Shown in pieces: positions 19,101 through 27,784 of a stretch of DNA of 48,945 bases; position 1 is the first letter of the stretch, and each line of letters starts with the position of its first letter. Made by a program: the position numbers and the translations under genes. The notes beneath the pieces are model-generated. The model was not told the DNA's origin. It saw nothing but the letters and a program-made list of their open reading frames with translations, and did no database searches. The stretch is from an uncultured Saprospiraceae bacterium (GTDB lineage: Bacteria; Bacteroidota; Bacteroidia; Chitinophagales; Saprospiraceae). The stretch spans positions 1 through 48,945 of the forward strand of contig CALJIY010000073.1 in NCBI GenBank assembly GCA_937973945.1, read 5' to 3'.

Positions 19101-19514
19101 CCTGCCGTAAATTTCACTACCATAGAGAAGGCAGCAAAAATGAAATTAGAACCTGGGCAAGTACCAGGTGTAGAAGAGGAATTAAATTTCATTATTGGTA
19201 ATAAAAACGGTTATGTTTCCTATAAAGATATTGGCTTTACGGGTGTTCAAGCTATAGATCTAACGATTATGCAAGCTGCTGCTTATTTTGGTGGTGGAGC
19301 GATTGAGTTAAGAATAGATGCGCCTGATGGACCTGTTATTGGTAAAGTAGATGTTGTGCAAGGCTTGACCGACATGGGCGCTGATGTGCTTAATGTGGCT
19401 ATTGAAAAAACGGAAGGTACGCATGACTTGTATGTCTTTTTTGATGCTAAGGATAGCGATAAGCCTGTTTGTACTTTGCTTACTTTAGAATTTAAGATGG
19501 GAGAGATTCAGTAA
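16113..19514 (+). CDS. Multidomain lipoprotein: ThuA-like + PQQ-dependent sugar dehydrogenase-like beta-propeller + PKD + cytochrome c + C-terminal beta-sandwich
   Basis: Lipoprotein-type signal (ITWSSC). ThuA-like GGGFVGIHAAADT. A long propeller-like region has a soluble glucose/sorbosone dehydrogenase flavour. PKD-like DPDGDEITFEWSF. A single CxxCH (CVTCH) lies at nt 18708-18722. Confidence 0.75.
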   Translation: MRKFAFLLVAIAITWSSCNVLFPTKRDIKVLVFSKTESFRHESIPNGIKAITALGIKHEFTVDTTEDASIFKEETLKKYNVVVFLHTTGDILNEAQQLEFNRWIQSGGGFVGIHAAADTEYDWPWYGELVGAYFNGHPLDPNVRDAVVRRIDKEHESSAMLPDDWACKDEWYNYKNLNPNVTVLLNLDESTYEGGTNGEKHPIAWYHEFDGGRSWYTGLGHTVESFDDPLYLEHLWGGISYAAGAGVPVDYNKSTVAPEENRFVKEVLADNLFEPTELELLPNGDLLFTQRRGELMLYEADLEDTRIVHKLDVHTGHEDGLMGIALDPNFKENNWIYLYYSPAGEESKQHLSRFEYKNGILDTLSEIVVLEVKTQRKECCHTGGSIEFGPDGLLFLSTGDNTNPFNSDGFSPSDEQADRAPWDAQGSSANANDLRGKVLRIKPLADGTYEIPEGNLFPKGTPDTRPEIYVMGCRNPYRIAIDQRTKYLYWGDVGPDAGKDSLGRGPRGYDEVNQARQAGFFGWPYFIGNNYAYNKYDFETKKSSDPNNPKAPQNTSPNNTGINTLPPAQPAYIWYPYAESPDFPLVGDGGRNAMAAGVYYYDDYAETDKRYPSYYNGKLFTYDWMRGWFMAVTMDEAGDLTKMERFLPSMKFNNPMDVLFSPDGDMYMLEYGTLWFEQNPDARLVHLKYIAGNRAPAAKIETEVIAGAAPLSINFKGGASKDPDGDEITFEWSFDSEEVQSTAADPVHTFDKAGEYEVSLTTTDAAGETATVKQTILVGNDVPTVDWKVAGNTSFFSDNQVVNYEILVKDEEDGSIGNGIDPNRINVSIDYLERGSDITEIAQGHQAMLEASNFFLGKKLMDNSDCVTCHQLEKKSIGPSYKDIALKYKTDKKAVDYLAGRIINGGGGVWGDQAMAAHPQLTQNESKQMVRYILSLEGWQGEKKGLPYKGSYVLKDHIGKEAGGVYMMTASYTDKGGKVIGPLTTRKMLQLRSPKMPAVNFTTIEKAAKMKLEPGQVPGVEEELNFIIGNKNGYVSYKDIGFTGVQAIDLTIMQAAAYFGGGAIELRIDAPDGPVIGKVDVVQGLTDMGADVLNVAIEKTEGTHDLYVFFDAKDSDKPVCTLLTLEFKMGEIQ

Positions 19515-19524
19515 CTTGATGAAT

Positions 19525-19556
19525 TCATCCGATCACTTTTTGAAGTGGTCGGATGA
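19525..19556. terminator. Hairpin between convergent genes (possible terminator)
   Basis: TCATCCGATCAC-N8-GTGGTCGGATGA lies between stops at 19514 and 19569. There is no clean 3' U-tract on either strand. Confidence 0.4.
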
Positions 19557-19568
19557 AAAATTGAATAT

Positions 19569-21068
19569 CTACTTTCCAACAAGAAACTTTCCTTTACTAC
19601 CATTCCCGTCTTCATCTATCAAATAGTAGAAATATAATCCAGCCTCAAAGTTTTTTTGATTGAGTATGTATTCCATTCCAGTTATTTCTTCCAAGACAAG
19701 CTGTTGTCCAGCAGTATTAGTAATTCGAAGGGTATAATCTCTATTATCAGGATTAGAAAAAGATAATCTAGATTCTTGATATACTGGATTTGGATAGACC
19801 CTAGCTGCGTTATCCAACATAGACGTTGATCTAATAGAAGTATTCAATCCTTGATAAGCAGGCAATTCTACTACGTAGCAATCAATAGACTTTCCATCCT
19901 CTGCACCACTCCAATCTGATGCGAATAATACCCTAGTTCCTGTTGGACTTATCACCGCATGTGGCTCTCCCCAATAATCATATTCATCTTCGTCACTCCT
20001 GTGGTGTCCAATTCTACACACTTTAATATCTCCTTCTTCCGCTTTAGCAATAACTAATTCCTGGTCCAATAAAGACTGACCATCTTTATCATAGCCCATC
20101 ATCGAAGCCGCTACCCAACCGCCCTCTGTATTTTTATGGGCTAAAGCAGATATATGTGTGCCTGACTGTGGATAATCATAGCCTTGACTTTGACTAATCA
20201 CAGGAAAACAGTTTCCTGTTTCTAAATCATGTGCAATAATATCACCAATACATCCACCTTGTGGTCCTTGTGCAAATGCAATAGAAAAATAACCGTCCTT
20301 GCCATTAGGTAGTTGACCAATACAAGCATGTTCTGTTGACTCCTTATTTAAATTCATCATTGGATTTCCTTCAGCATCATATATTTTATTTCGATGAAAA
20401 AATCGTTCTCCGCTTGGTGCAACCGCTGGTGCTACACGATCTACATCATCTATATTAAAACTAGTTAAGTCTCCAGTTGAAATATTGTACATATAAGCCG
20501 TTTCATTACTACACCTAAATGAAAAGATATTCGAATCCCAAGACATCATCTGTATATCATTACCCATTTCTATTGATCCATTACAAGCAGATATATCTCT
20601 TAGGTTTACGATAATAGATCTATCTCTAGATCGTACATTATACTTAACAAAATCATCTGTTTGAATATCGGGGTAATATAAAATGTCAGGATCATTAAAA
20701 TCCCAAAAAATTTGTTCTAGGTCTATTGGTTTAAAATCAGAAAGTACCCGAATAAATTGATACGTTCTCCCATCAAGTAATATATGAAACCCCTTAGTTC
20801 TATCATACAAAATCATTAAAGATTCATCCGCATTCCAAGCCTGTACCGTACTATACATTGGCACAACGACCTCTCCATCATTAGATTTCGTAATTCGTCT
20901 AATCGTTGTTCCAAAAGAAGGATCTACATAGCTGTCTAAGTAGCATGGCTTGGGAATATCCTGCATTGGATGCACCTCTAAATCGTTAATTTTTAGGCCT
21001 TGTGTTAAATCTTGAGCAGTGATTATTACTGGTAGGAAGAATACTAATAAAATAGCTAATTGCTTCAT
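19569..21068 (-). CDS. Secreted protein of unknown function with T9SS C-terminal sorting domain
   Basis: Signal peptide (FFLPVIITAQ). The C-terminal roughly 80 aa (VYPNPVYQESRLSF...GLYFYYLIDEDGNGSKGKFLV) match the T9SS CTD pattern. The body looks beta-rich. Confidence 0.6.
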   Translation of the reverse strand: MKQLAILLVFFLPVIITAQDLTQGLKINDLEVHPMQDIPKPCYLDSYVDPSFGTTIRRITKSNDGEVVVPMYSTVQAWNADESLMILYDRTKGFHILLDGRTYQFIRVLSDFKPIDLEQIFWDFNDPDILYYPDIQTDDFVKYNVRSRDRSIIVNLRDISACNGSIEMGNDIQMMSWDSNIFSFRCSNETAYMYNISTGDLTSFNIDDVDRVAPAVAPSGERFFHRNKIYDAEGNPMMNLNKESTEHACIGQLPNGKDGYFSIAFAQGPQGGCIGDIIAHDLETGNCFPVISQSQGYDYPQSGTHISALAHKNTEGGWVAASMMGYDKDGQSLLDQELVIAKAEEGDIKVCRIGHHRSDEDEYDYWGEPHAVISPTGTRVLFASDWSGAEDGKSIDCYVVELPAYQGLNTSIRSTSMLDNAARVYPNPVYQESRLSFSNPDNRDYTLRITNTAGQQLVLEEITGMEYILNQKNFEAGLYFYYLIDEDGNGSKGKFLVGK

Positions 21069-21271
21069 AATTGATCGTGTGTAATAGTTTGGTAAAGCGG
21101 GAGGGAAGGAAGGTGGGTTGGTATTTACAATGTTTATATCACTACAACTATATTATCGAATTTAATGCCATTCTTAAATTTTAAAAAAAAGTGGACTTAT
21201 TTATGTAAAAAAGGACTGCATAACATCTTAACCCACAACAATACCTCTATTCCATAAAAAATATAAAAATC

Positions 21272-21589
21272 ATGAATTACATCCTGTCATTAGTATTAAC
21301 AATAAGTTTTGTATCAATTAACTTCTCCTCTCTTAAGGACAATGCCTCAGATAAATGCAAAACCGCAATTGAAGCTGCTGAAAGAGACTATGCTAAAAAT
21401 ACACTAAAGTATTACACCTTTGGTATCGCTTCCTTTCCTAAACAAGAAATAAAGCTAGACATCGGTCCCAAAGTTGAAGTCGTCTCTTTAGGATGTATGA
21501 TCAACACGCATCAAATCTGTTACAATCAATATGTTGATAGTTTGTTGATTGCCAAAACAGGCTTCGACTTTTATGGCTTAGCACAGTAA
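21272..21589 (+). CDS. Small hypothetical secreted protein
   Basis: 105-aa ORF with an N-terminal hydrophobic segment. No motif recognised. Confidence 0.35.
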   Translation: MNYILSLVLTISFVSINFSSLKDNASDKCKTAIEAAERDYAKNTLKYYTFGIASFPKQEIKLDIGPKVEVVSLGCMINTHQICYNQYVDSLLIAKTGFDFYGLAQ

Positions 21590-21612
21590 TAGCTACTACT
21601 TAGGTCTTCAGA

Positions 21613-22170
21613 TCAAACCTTCGAATACCAAGCTGGACGACTAACAACGACTTTTTCATAAATAGGGCATTCCTTTCCATGTGCACCAGGCAAATAGCCG
21701 GAGCTCATCAAGAATTCATTGGTAATCTCGCCGCCTGTGAATTTGAACGTTTTCTTAAATAATTTTACCCACTCGTCTTTTGTCTTTGGATGGTGATGAT
21801 CTAGCCATTTCTTAAAAGAACCATACTCTTTTTGTAAATTGATAATTTGATTGGCATTATGAATCGCCGCATTTACCTTCAATTTATTGCGGATAATCCC
21901 AGCATCTGCTAGTAATCTTGCCCTATCTTTTTCGGTATATTTAGCTACTTTTGAAATATTGAAATTGGAATAGGCTTTTCTGAAATTATCTTTTTTATTT
22001 AAAATAGTCGTCCAAGATAGACCTGCTTGGTTAATTTCTAATAGGAGTCTTCCAAACAATTCATTATCATTGTCTATAGGAAAGCCATATTCCGTGTCAT
22101 GATAATGCCGATTTACGTTATCATCAGCCATGTTAGCCACGGTATTACAGTAAGAGTTGGTTGGTTCCAT
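21613..22170 (-). CDS. tag: DNA-3-methyladenine glycosylase I
   Basis: Tag pattern: YHDTEYGFP, EINQAGLSW.TIL.K..NFR.AY and AGIIRNKLK. Cys/His zinc ligands sit near both termini. Confidence 0.9.
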   Translation of the reverse strand: MEPTNSYCNTVANMADDNVNRHYHDTEYGFPIDNDNELFGRLLLEINQAGLSWTTILNKKDNFRKAYSNFNISKVAKYTEKDRARLLADAGIIRNKLKVNAAIHNANQIINLQKEYGSFKKWLDHHHPKTKDEWVKLFKKTFKFTGGEITNEFLMSSGYLPGAHGKECPIYEKVVVSRPAWYSKV

Positions 22171-22201
22171 ATAATGAGATTAACTTGAAATTACACAAAG
22201 T

Positions 22202-23302
22202 ATGAAAAATATTAATCGCTATGCATTATTTGTTCTAGCAATTTTGTTAGTAGGTGGAGTCGTTTATTATTTAAGTGATATCGTAGCTTACATATTAATT
22301 TCTTGGGTGCTATCTATGTTGGGACAACCGATTATGCGTTTTTTTATGCGGTTAAAAATTAGCAAATTTAGGCTAGGTCCTAATGTAAGTGCCGTTTTAA
22401 CCCTGTCTTTTTTCTTAGTTATTTTTGCTGCTTTAATATTAATGTTTGTTCCTTTAATAGCCGAACAAGCCAATAATCTTTCGAAAGTAGATTATGCTGC
22501 TATAGCGAATGCTCTAGAAGAGCCTATTCAACAGTTCAACAATTGGGTTGCCAGAATGGGGATTGTGCCAACAGGCAAAGATCCATCCACACAGGTCCAA
22601 GAGGCTTTGACTGGTTGGTTTGAGCCTAGCAAAATTGGTGATTTGTTTAGCTCTGCCTTAGGTTTTGCAGGTAATTTTTTAGTCGGCTTTTTTTCTATTG
22701 TATTTATCACCTTCTTTTTCTTAAAAGAGCAGAGTTTGTTCTTAAATTTTTTACAAATGCTCGTGCCTACCGAATACGAATATAAAGTAAAAAAAATAAT
22801 GACAACTGTCAGTAAGATGCTGACTCGTTATTTTGGGGGAATTGTGTTTCAAGTTTCTATTATTACCCTGCTAGTTTCTGTAGCCTTGTCTTTATTGAGT
22901 ATTCAAAATGCTTTGTTAATTGGGTTCTTTGCGGCCTTAATTAACGTCATTCCCTTCGTTGGTCCTGCTATCGGTGCAACCTTTGCTGTCTTTGTTACGA
23001 TATCTTCTAACCTGAATCTTGATTTCTATACAGAAATGCTGCCACTAATAGGAAGCGTGGTAGCTGTTTTTGCCGTCATGCAATTGACGGATAATTTTAT
23101 ACTCCAACCTTATATTTTTTCAAATAGTGTTTTAGCGCATCCGCTAGAAATTTTTATTGTGATTATGATTGGATCAAAAATCGCTGGCGTAATGGGTATG
23201 ATCTTGGCCATTCCTGGATATACGGTCATTCGAGTTATTGCTAGTGTCTTGCTGAGTGAATTTAAAATCGTTCAACAGGTTTCTGATCGGATGGGGCTAT
23301 AA
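22202..23302 (+). CDS. AI-2E family transporter (PerM-like permease)
   Basis: 366 aa with about 8 TM helices and the characteristic IPFVGPAIGA and LAHPLEIFIVI regions. Confidence 0.8.
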   Translation: MKNINRYALFVLAILLVGGVVYYLSDIVAYILISWVLSMLGQPIMRFFMRLKISKFRLGPNVSAVLTLSFFLVIFAALILMFVPLIAEQANNLSKVDYAAIANALEEPIQQFNNWVARMGIVPTGKDPSTQVQEALTGWFEPSKIGDLFSSALGFAGNFLVGFFSIVFITFFFLKEQSLFLNFLQMLVPTEYEYKVKKIMTTVSKMLTRYFGGIVFQVSIITLLVSVALSLLSIQNALLIGFFAALINVIPFVGPAIGATFAVFVTISSNLNLDFYTEMLPLIGSVVAVFAVMQLTDNFILQPYIFSNSVLAHPLEIFIVIMIGSKIAGVMGMILAIPGYTVIRVIASVLLSEFKIVQQVSDRMGL

Positions 23303-23375
23303 TTCGGCTGGCTTGTTAGATATAATTCAACGCGGATTTTCTTTGAAAATACACAAATTTATTTTGGTTTTTTTA

Positions 23376-23666
23376 GGTCGTGAGCAATGTTGACATTTAT
23401 GACAAATAGAACGTGACGCTCGCTAGCGCAGTGGCTCCGCCTTGTGCCTCCTATTATCCAAGGCTTTGCCCATACCCATCAGTCTAAGAGACGGACTATT
23501 AATGGCAGAAACTTAGAAAGTGGCTGTCATATTGGTTTCTGGGAAAGATGACAGCCATTTTGAGAATTTCTGCCATCTACCTTCGCTCTATAACTAACTG
23601 GTAATCAAGGATCTTTTCTGATAGCCGGACAACTATCGGCGAAGTCTTGCGTTAGCGATGCAAGAT
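23376..23666. ncRNA. Candidate structured non-coding RNA or cis-leader (unclassified)
   Basis: ORF-free block, visibly richer in G+C than its flanks. Hairpins lie at 23502-23576 (29-nt arms), 23620-23637 and 23645-23665. The strand is undetermined and I could not match it to any RNA family. Confidence 0.25.
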
Positions 23667-23775
23667 TTACTTAAAAATAAACAAATAGATTACATTTTGC
23701 ACAATATAGGTTAACTTAAATGTTAATATTTATAACTTTTTAGTGTATTTATTGATTATTATTCACTATTTTAGT

Positions 23776-23783
23776 TATATTTG
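23776..23783 (+). promoter_or_regulatory. Candidate -7 box (TAnnTTTG)
   Basis: TATATTTG ends 11 nt before the ATG at 23795, inside a very AT-rich stretch. It would imply a near-leaderless mRNA. Confidence 0.25.
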
Positions 23784-23794
23784 TATTATCATTT

Positions 23795-25333
23795 ATGAAA
23801 AAACCTAAAACCATGCTAAAACACCTCATTAACTACACCCAACAATTTTTAGAAGCAACGTACACTGCCAATTTAACCTCCACTAACAATACGCTTTCCA
23901 AACAGTCTGGTACCTACACAGATAGTATTTTGGATAAACTCAATCCATTAATTCATGGACACAGCCCTAATTGGAAACCGACGAAGGAAATGATTTGCGC
24001 CATGCTAAGTTCGCCGTCTACTGTAATCCAACAAGCAGTAATAGATCTAGCATCGAACAACCCTAATTTCTTTTTTAGAGATTCTTTTTTCATAGAACAA
24101 TTAGCGCTAGCACAACCTGCTATTTTTCATATTTTTTTTCGATCGAATGCCAGCAAATTCAAGCTTGATGCTACTACAAAAAAGCAACTCCTTTTACGCC
24201 TAATGACAAAAATGATAGCTACAAAATGGGAAGAAGAAGCCATTGTTCTTCGACAAAATATTCAATCCTATTTTATGGATTCTTTACCCATAGTTACTTT
24301 GGGACAAGGAATGATGTTACTAAAACATCCCTTAGAAAGTGGTAGATTATTGGGAGCAGATATTTTAGTAGCGCATAAAGAGCGAGTACAGTTAATCCCA
24401 GAAACGGTCATTTACAATTTATTAAAATCTTCTGCGGTTGCTATGCAGGAAAAAGGTTTAGCAATCTTAGCCTACCGTTCTGTCGATACCATTTTAAAAT
24501 TTATTCCGGATGTTATAGAATTGATTGTTTCTGGTCATAGTCAACTAAGAACGGGGCTACAAACCATTATTAGTCAAATAGCAGATCGTGCTCCTTTACA
24601 GGCGATTGTGTTGATGCGTTACTTGTTGCCATTCCTACTAAAAGAGGAGTCGCATAGCGGCACTCATTTGTTTATAGTAGCATTGTTAAATGGTCCTTTA
24701 AAAAGTTCGTTAAAACATCTTTCTACAGAGACTATTTATACTTTATTAGAATCACCAAACACTATTGCTAATACATTTGGAGCGGGCTTATTAGTACAAG
24801 TAGACCTGCATCAAGAATCCTTATCCGACATTATTTGGTTAGCTGACCATGAGCAAGCAAAGGTTCGCCAATATTGTTTTAATTATTTTACGGAGCAGGT
24901 AGATCGTATTAGACAAGAAAAAGAAGAAGCCTTGCGCTTATTAGATGCTAGATGGGTAGAGAGTCGTCAGTTTGCGTTTGCTTTTTTTGCCTACCACTTC
25001 AATATAGAAGATTGGTCAGCACAATTATTAGCAACAGACTATCTAACAACTACCGTCCATGATAATCCTGCTGAATTTAATCGAATAAAGCCCTATCTAA
25101 AAAATATTCTAACCCAATTTCATAAAGGCCATATTGTCAAGGAAAGTATCTTCTCTTTTTTAGAAAAAGAAGCCATCCATAACGAAGTGATTGCCCAGCA
25201 AATTCTTTCTTTCTTAAAAGAAATTATCACTAGAAGTCAAGATAAGGCTCGGTGCTTACAGGTTGTTCATCAGATTCATCGGGTGTATCCTTATTTGCCT
25301 GGAGCGGAGGTATTTAGGAAAGTACGTGCATGA
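23795..25333 (+). CDS. Hypothetical all-alpha (HEAT/ARM-like repeat) protein
   Basis: 512-aa ORF rich in L/A/I with repeated helix-turn-helix-length segments. No catalytic motif and no signal peptide. Confidence 0.5.
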   Translation: MKKPKTMLKHLINYTQQFLEATYTANLTSTNNTLSKQSGTYTDSILDKLNPLIHGHSPNWKPTKEMICAMLSSPSTVIQQAVIDLASNNPNFFFRDSFFIEQLALAQPAIFHIFFRSNASKFKLDATTKKQLLLRLMTKMIATKWEEEAIVLRQNIQSYFMDSLPIVTLGQGMMLLKHPLESGRLLGADILVAHKERVQLIPETVIYNLLKSSAVAMQEKGLAILAYRSVDTILKFIPDVIELIVSGHSQLRTGLQTIISQIADRAPLQAIVLMRYLLPFLLKEESHSGTHLFIVALLNGPLKSSLKHLSTETIYTLLESPNTIANTFGAGLLVQVDLHQESLSDIIWLADHEQAKVRQYCFNYFTEQVDRIRQEKEEALRLLDARWVESRQFAFAFFAYHFNIEDWSAQLLATDYLTTTVHDNPAEFNRIKPYLKNILTQFHKGHIVKESIFSFLEKEAIHNEVIAQQILSFLKEIITRSQDKARCLQVVHQIHRVYPYLPGAEVFRKVRA

Positions 25334-25372
25334 CAGGAACAATACTAATGCTTATCTTAAACAGGTTGTTTC

Positions 25373-25421
25373 ACCACGAATTCACTAATTTGTAAACTTT
25401 TCTAATTCGTGAATTCGTGGT
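25373..25421. repeat. Family C palindrome (copy C2)
   Basis: ACCACGAATTCACTAATT, a 13-nt loop, then AATTCGTGAATTCGTGGT. The units are CACGAATT and CAC(T/G)AATT. Confidence 0.85.
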
Positions 25422-25460
25422 TAATCTTTTGCGCTTGCTAAGCTCGTGTCTTTTTTATCA

Positions 25461-25500
25461 TGAAATCATTAATTTGCATACTTCTTAATTAGTGATTTCA
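25461..25500. repeat. Family C-related palindrome (copy C3)
   Basis: TGAAATCATTAATT, a 12-nt loop, then AATTAGTGATTTCA. It ends 17 nt upstream of the creatininase-family ATG. Confidence 0.7.
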
Positions 25501-25517
25501 CTCAAAAAGACCTTCAC

Positions 25518-26288
25518 ATGCAAAAGCCAAGACCTTATCTATTAGCGGAAACAAATTGGAAAGCCGCTAAATCAACAGACTATAAAGTAGCCGTCCTACC
25601 TTGGGGCGCAACAGAAGCCCATAATTACCACATGCCCTATGGGACTGATAATTATCAAGTGGATTATGTCGCCGAAGCTGCCGCCAAAATAGCTTGGGAA
25701 GCAGGAGCAAAAGTCATCGTTTTGCCCTGTATTCCATTTGGTATCAATACAGGACAATTAGATGTCAAGCTCTGCATGAATGTAAATCCTAGTACCCAAT
25801 TGGCTATTCTTAAAGATATCGTTGATGTATTAGCTAGACATAAAATAGATAAGCTAGTGATCCTAAATGGCCATGGTGGAAATAACTTTAAAACGATGAT
25901 TCGAGAGTTGTCTTTTCATTATCCAGATGTGTTTGTTTGTTGGGCGAATTGGTTTCAAGCCGTCGATTGGAATAAGTACTTTGACGAACCAGGAGATCAT
26001 GCAGGAGAGATGGAAACTAGTGCTATTTTGCACATTGATAAAAACTTAGTGTTACCTCTTTCAGAGGCAGGAGATGGACATGCCAAGAACTTCAAATTCA
26101 AAGCCTTTAAAGAGGGTTGGGTAACTGCACAACGTAAATGGACACAGGTGACTAAAGATACGGGTGTGGGAGATCCGAAGATGGCTACGGCGGAGAAAGG
26201 GAAGATTTATTTGGAGGCCTGCGCTAAGGAGATTGCTTTGTTTTTGGGGGAGTTGGCGGGTAGTTCTAATGATGATTTATACGAGTAG
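25518..26288 (+). CDS. Creatininase-family amidohydrolase
   Basis: Family motifs LPWGATEAHNYHMPYGTD, LNGHGGN and GDHAGEMETS (metal ligands). Confidence 0.85.
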   Translation: MQKPRPYLLAETNWKAAKSTDYKVAVLPWGATEAHNYHMPYGTDNYQVDYVAEAAAKIAWEAGAKVIVLPCIPFGINTGQLDVKLCMNVNPSTQLAILKDIVDVLARHKIDKLVILNGHGGNNFKTMIRELSFHYPDVFVCWANWFQAVDWNKYFDEPGDHAGEMETSAILHIDKNLVLPLSEAGDGHAKNFKFKAFKEGWVTAQRKWTQVTKDTGVGDPKMATAEKGKIYLEACAKEIALFLGELAGSSNDDLYE

Positions 26289-26337
26289 GAAAATATATAG
26301 TATTCTTCTTCAGAAATTACAGCCCAAAAAAAATAAA

Positions 26338-27156
26338 ATGGATACAGATATACTGAATAGAAAAGGTTCAAGAAAAGTAAAAGACATTCCTAAAAACATT
26401 GTAAAACTATTAAACGAAGGTAAAATAGAAACAGTCAATTTAACGGAATGGCTTGCAATAGACCATTCAATTTTAATAGAAAATATCTTTCCAGACATAG
26501 GTATATCTAAAGATCTAACAAAGCATTTTTCTCAAGAAATTAAGCAGCAGAAGAAACCATCAACAATGAATTCTGTCAAATTGTTAGGGAAGTTGATTTA
26601 TGAGCATTTTTCTACAAAAAAGGAGTATCAGAAAATTTATAAATATTTAAGTAGCCATACTTCCGATTCGATCCGTTGCTATGCTCCATATCTAATTTCA
26701 CTCAATTCAAATTTAGACTTAAATGATAAGTTTAATCAAATAAAGTCATTAGTAGCAGATAAACATTTTGGGGTAAGAGAGGTGGTTTGGATGGCTATAA
26801 GGCCTGAAATCACTACCCATCTAAATGAATCCATTAATATTTTAAGTAGTTGGGCAGAAGATAAAAATGAAAATATAAGAAGATTTACGACTGAAGCTAC
26901 AAGACCCAGAGGTGTTTGGTGTAAACATATTGAAGCTCTAAAAGAAAACCCAGCAATGGCATTACCCATCTTAGATAAATTAAAATCTGACAACTCTAAG
27001 TACGTTCAAGATAGTGTGGGGAATTGGTTAAATGATTCAAGTAAATCTAAACCAGAATTTGTGATAGAATTATGTAAAAAATGGAAGAAAGAATCTCCAA
27101 CGAAAGAAACAGAAAAAATTATAAAACGGGCAAGAAGAACCATTGATAAAAAATAA
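26338..27156 (+). CDS. DNA alkylation repair protein (HEAT-like repeat, AlkC/AlkD superfamily)
   Basis: HFGVREVVWMAIRP, NIRRFTTEATRPRGVW and SKYVQDSVGNWLNDSSK match the alkylation-repair HEAT-like pattern. I chose the ATG at 26338, because the track start at 26164 overlaps the upstream CDS by 125 nt. Confidence 0.7.
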   Translation: MDTDILNRKGSRKVKDIPKNIVKLLNEGKIETVNLTEWLAIDHSILIENIFPDIGISKDLTKHFSQEIKQQKKPSTMNSVKLLGKLIYEHFSTKKEYQKIYKYLSSHTSDSIRCYAPYLISLNSNLDLNDKFNQIKSLVADKHFGVREVVWMAIRPEITTHLNESINILSSWAEDKNENIRRFTTEATRPRGVWCKHIEALKENPAMALPILDKLKSDNSKYVQDSVGNWLNDSSKSKPEFVIELCKKWKKESPTKETEKIIKRARRTIDKK

Positions 27157-27415
27157 AAGATTAGCGAAAAACATTGCTGATATCAAAATGGTCGACTGCC
27201 CATAATGAGTAGTACCAGTTTATTAAACCAAAGAAAATAAACTCATGACATATATCTTATCCAAGTTAAAACCACCGTTAAAAAGTAGCCCTTTAAAATA
27301 TCAGCTTACCTTTTTTAGTTTAAATATCAATTCGTTTTTTAACAACATTTTCTAAACAGGTCACAACTGGGCAAAAGAGTTTTAATTCTAAGGTATAGAA
27401 TCTAAATTTTCATTT

Positions 27416-27763
27416 ATGAGACAGGTATTAATTTTATTTATGATTTTTACTTTCGTATCTTGTTCGAAGGACATGACAGATACGACAGTCAATATCAGAT
27501 TAAAAAATGTTAGTGATTTAATGTTTGAAAGTGCGACTTATAACTTCATACATTACGGAGAATTAAATTCAGACCAATTTACGGAATACAAACAATTCGA
27601 AAGTTCTTATAGATATGGTAGTTTTGAGGTTATTATCAACGGTCAAGATTATCATATAACCCCAATTGATTATGTTGGTGAAGAACTCCTTGAAACTGGA
27701 GATTATACATTTGAGCTTGATATTGACCAAAATGAGTTGAGGTATGAATTAGTAAAAGATTAA
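27416..27763 (+). CDS. Small lipoprotein, function unknown
   Basis: Lipobox-like FTFVSCS after a hydrophobic N-terminus. Length is 115 aa. Confidence 0.45.
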   Translation: MRQVLILFMIFTFVSCSKDMTDTTVNIRLKNVSDLMFESATYNFIHYGELNSDQFTEYKQFESSYRYGSFEVIINGQDYHITPIDYVGEELLETGDYTFELDIDQNELRYELVKD

Positions 27764-27784
27764 GTTAATAAAAGGTCACAAGAC

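Noticed and set aside
23376-23450. ZTP (pfl) or cobalamin riboswitch resemblance (GGTCGTGAGC..., CCGCCTTGTGCC, CAGTGGC)
   Set aside because: Only short partial word matches exist. The core motifs GGGTCGTGACTGGCG / CCGCCTGGGCA and the B12 box are not reproduced. The downstream gene also has no link to purine, folate or cobalamin metabolism.
26164-26337. N-terminal extension of the AlkC/AlkD-like ORF (track start 26164)
   Set aside because: The extension overlaps the last 125 nt of the creatininase-family CDS in another frame. It encodes an Arg/Trp-rich peptide unlike the rest of the protein. The ATG at 26338 gives a sensible N-terminus.
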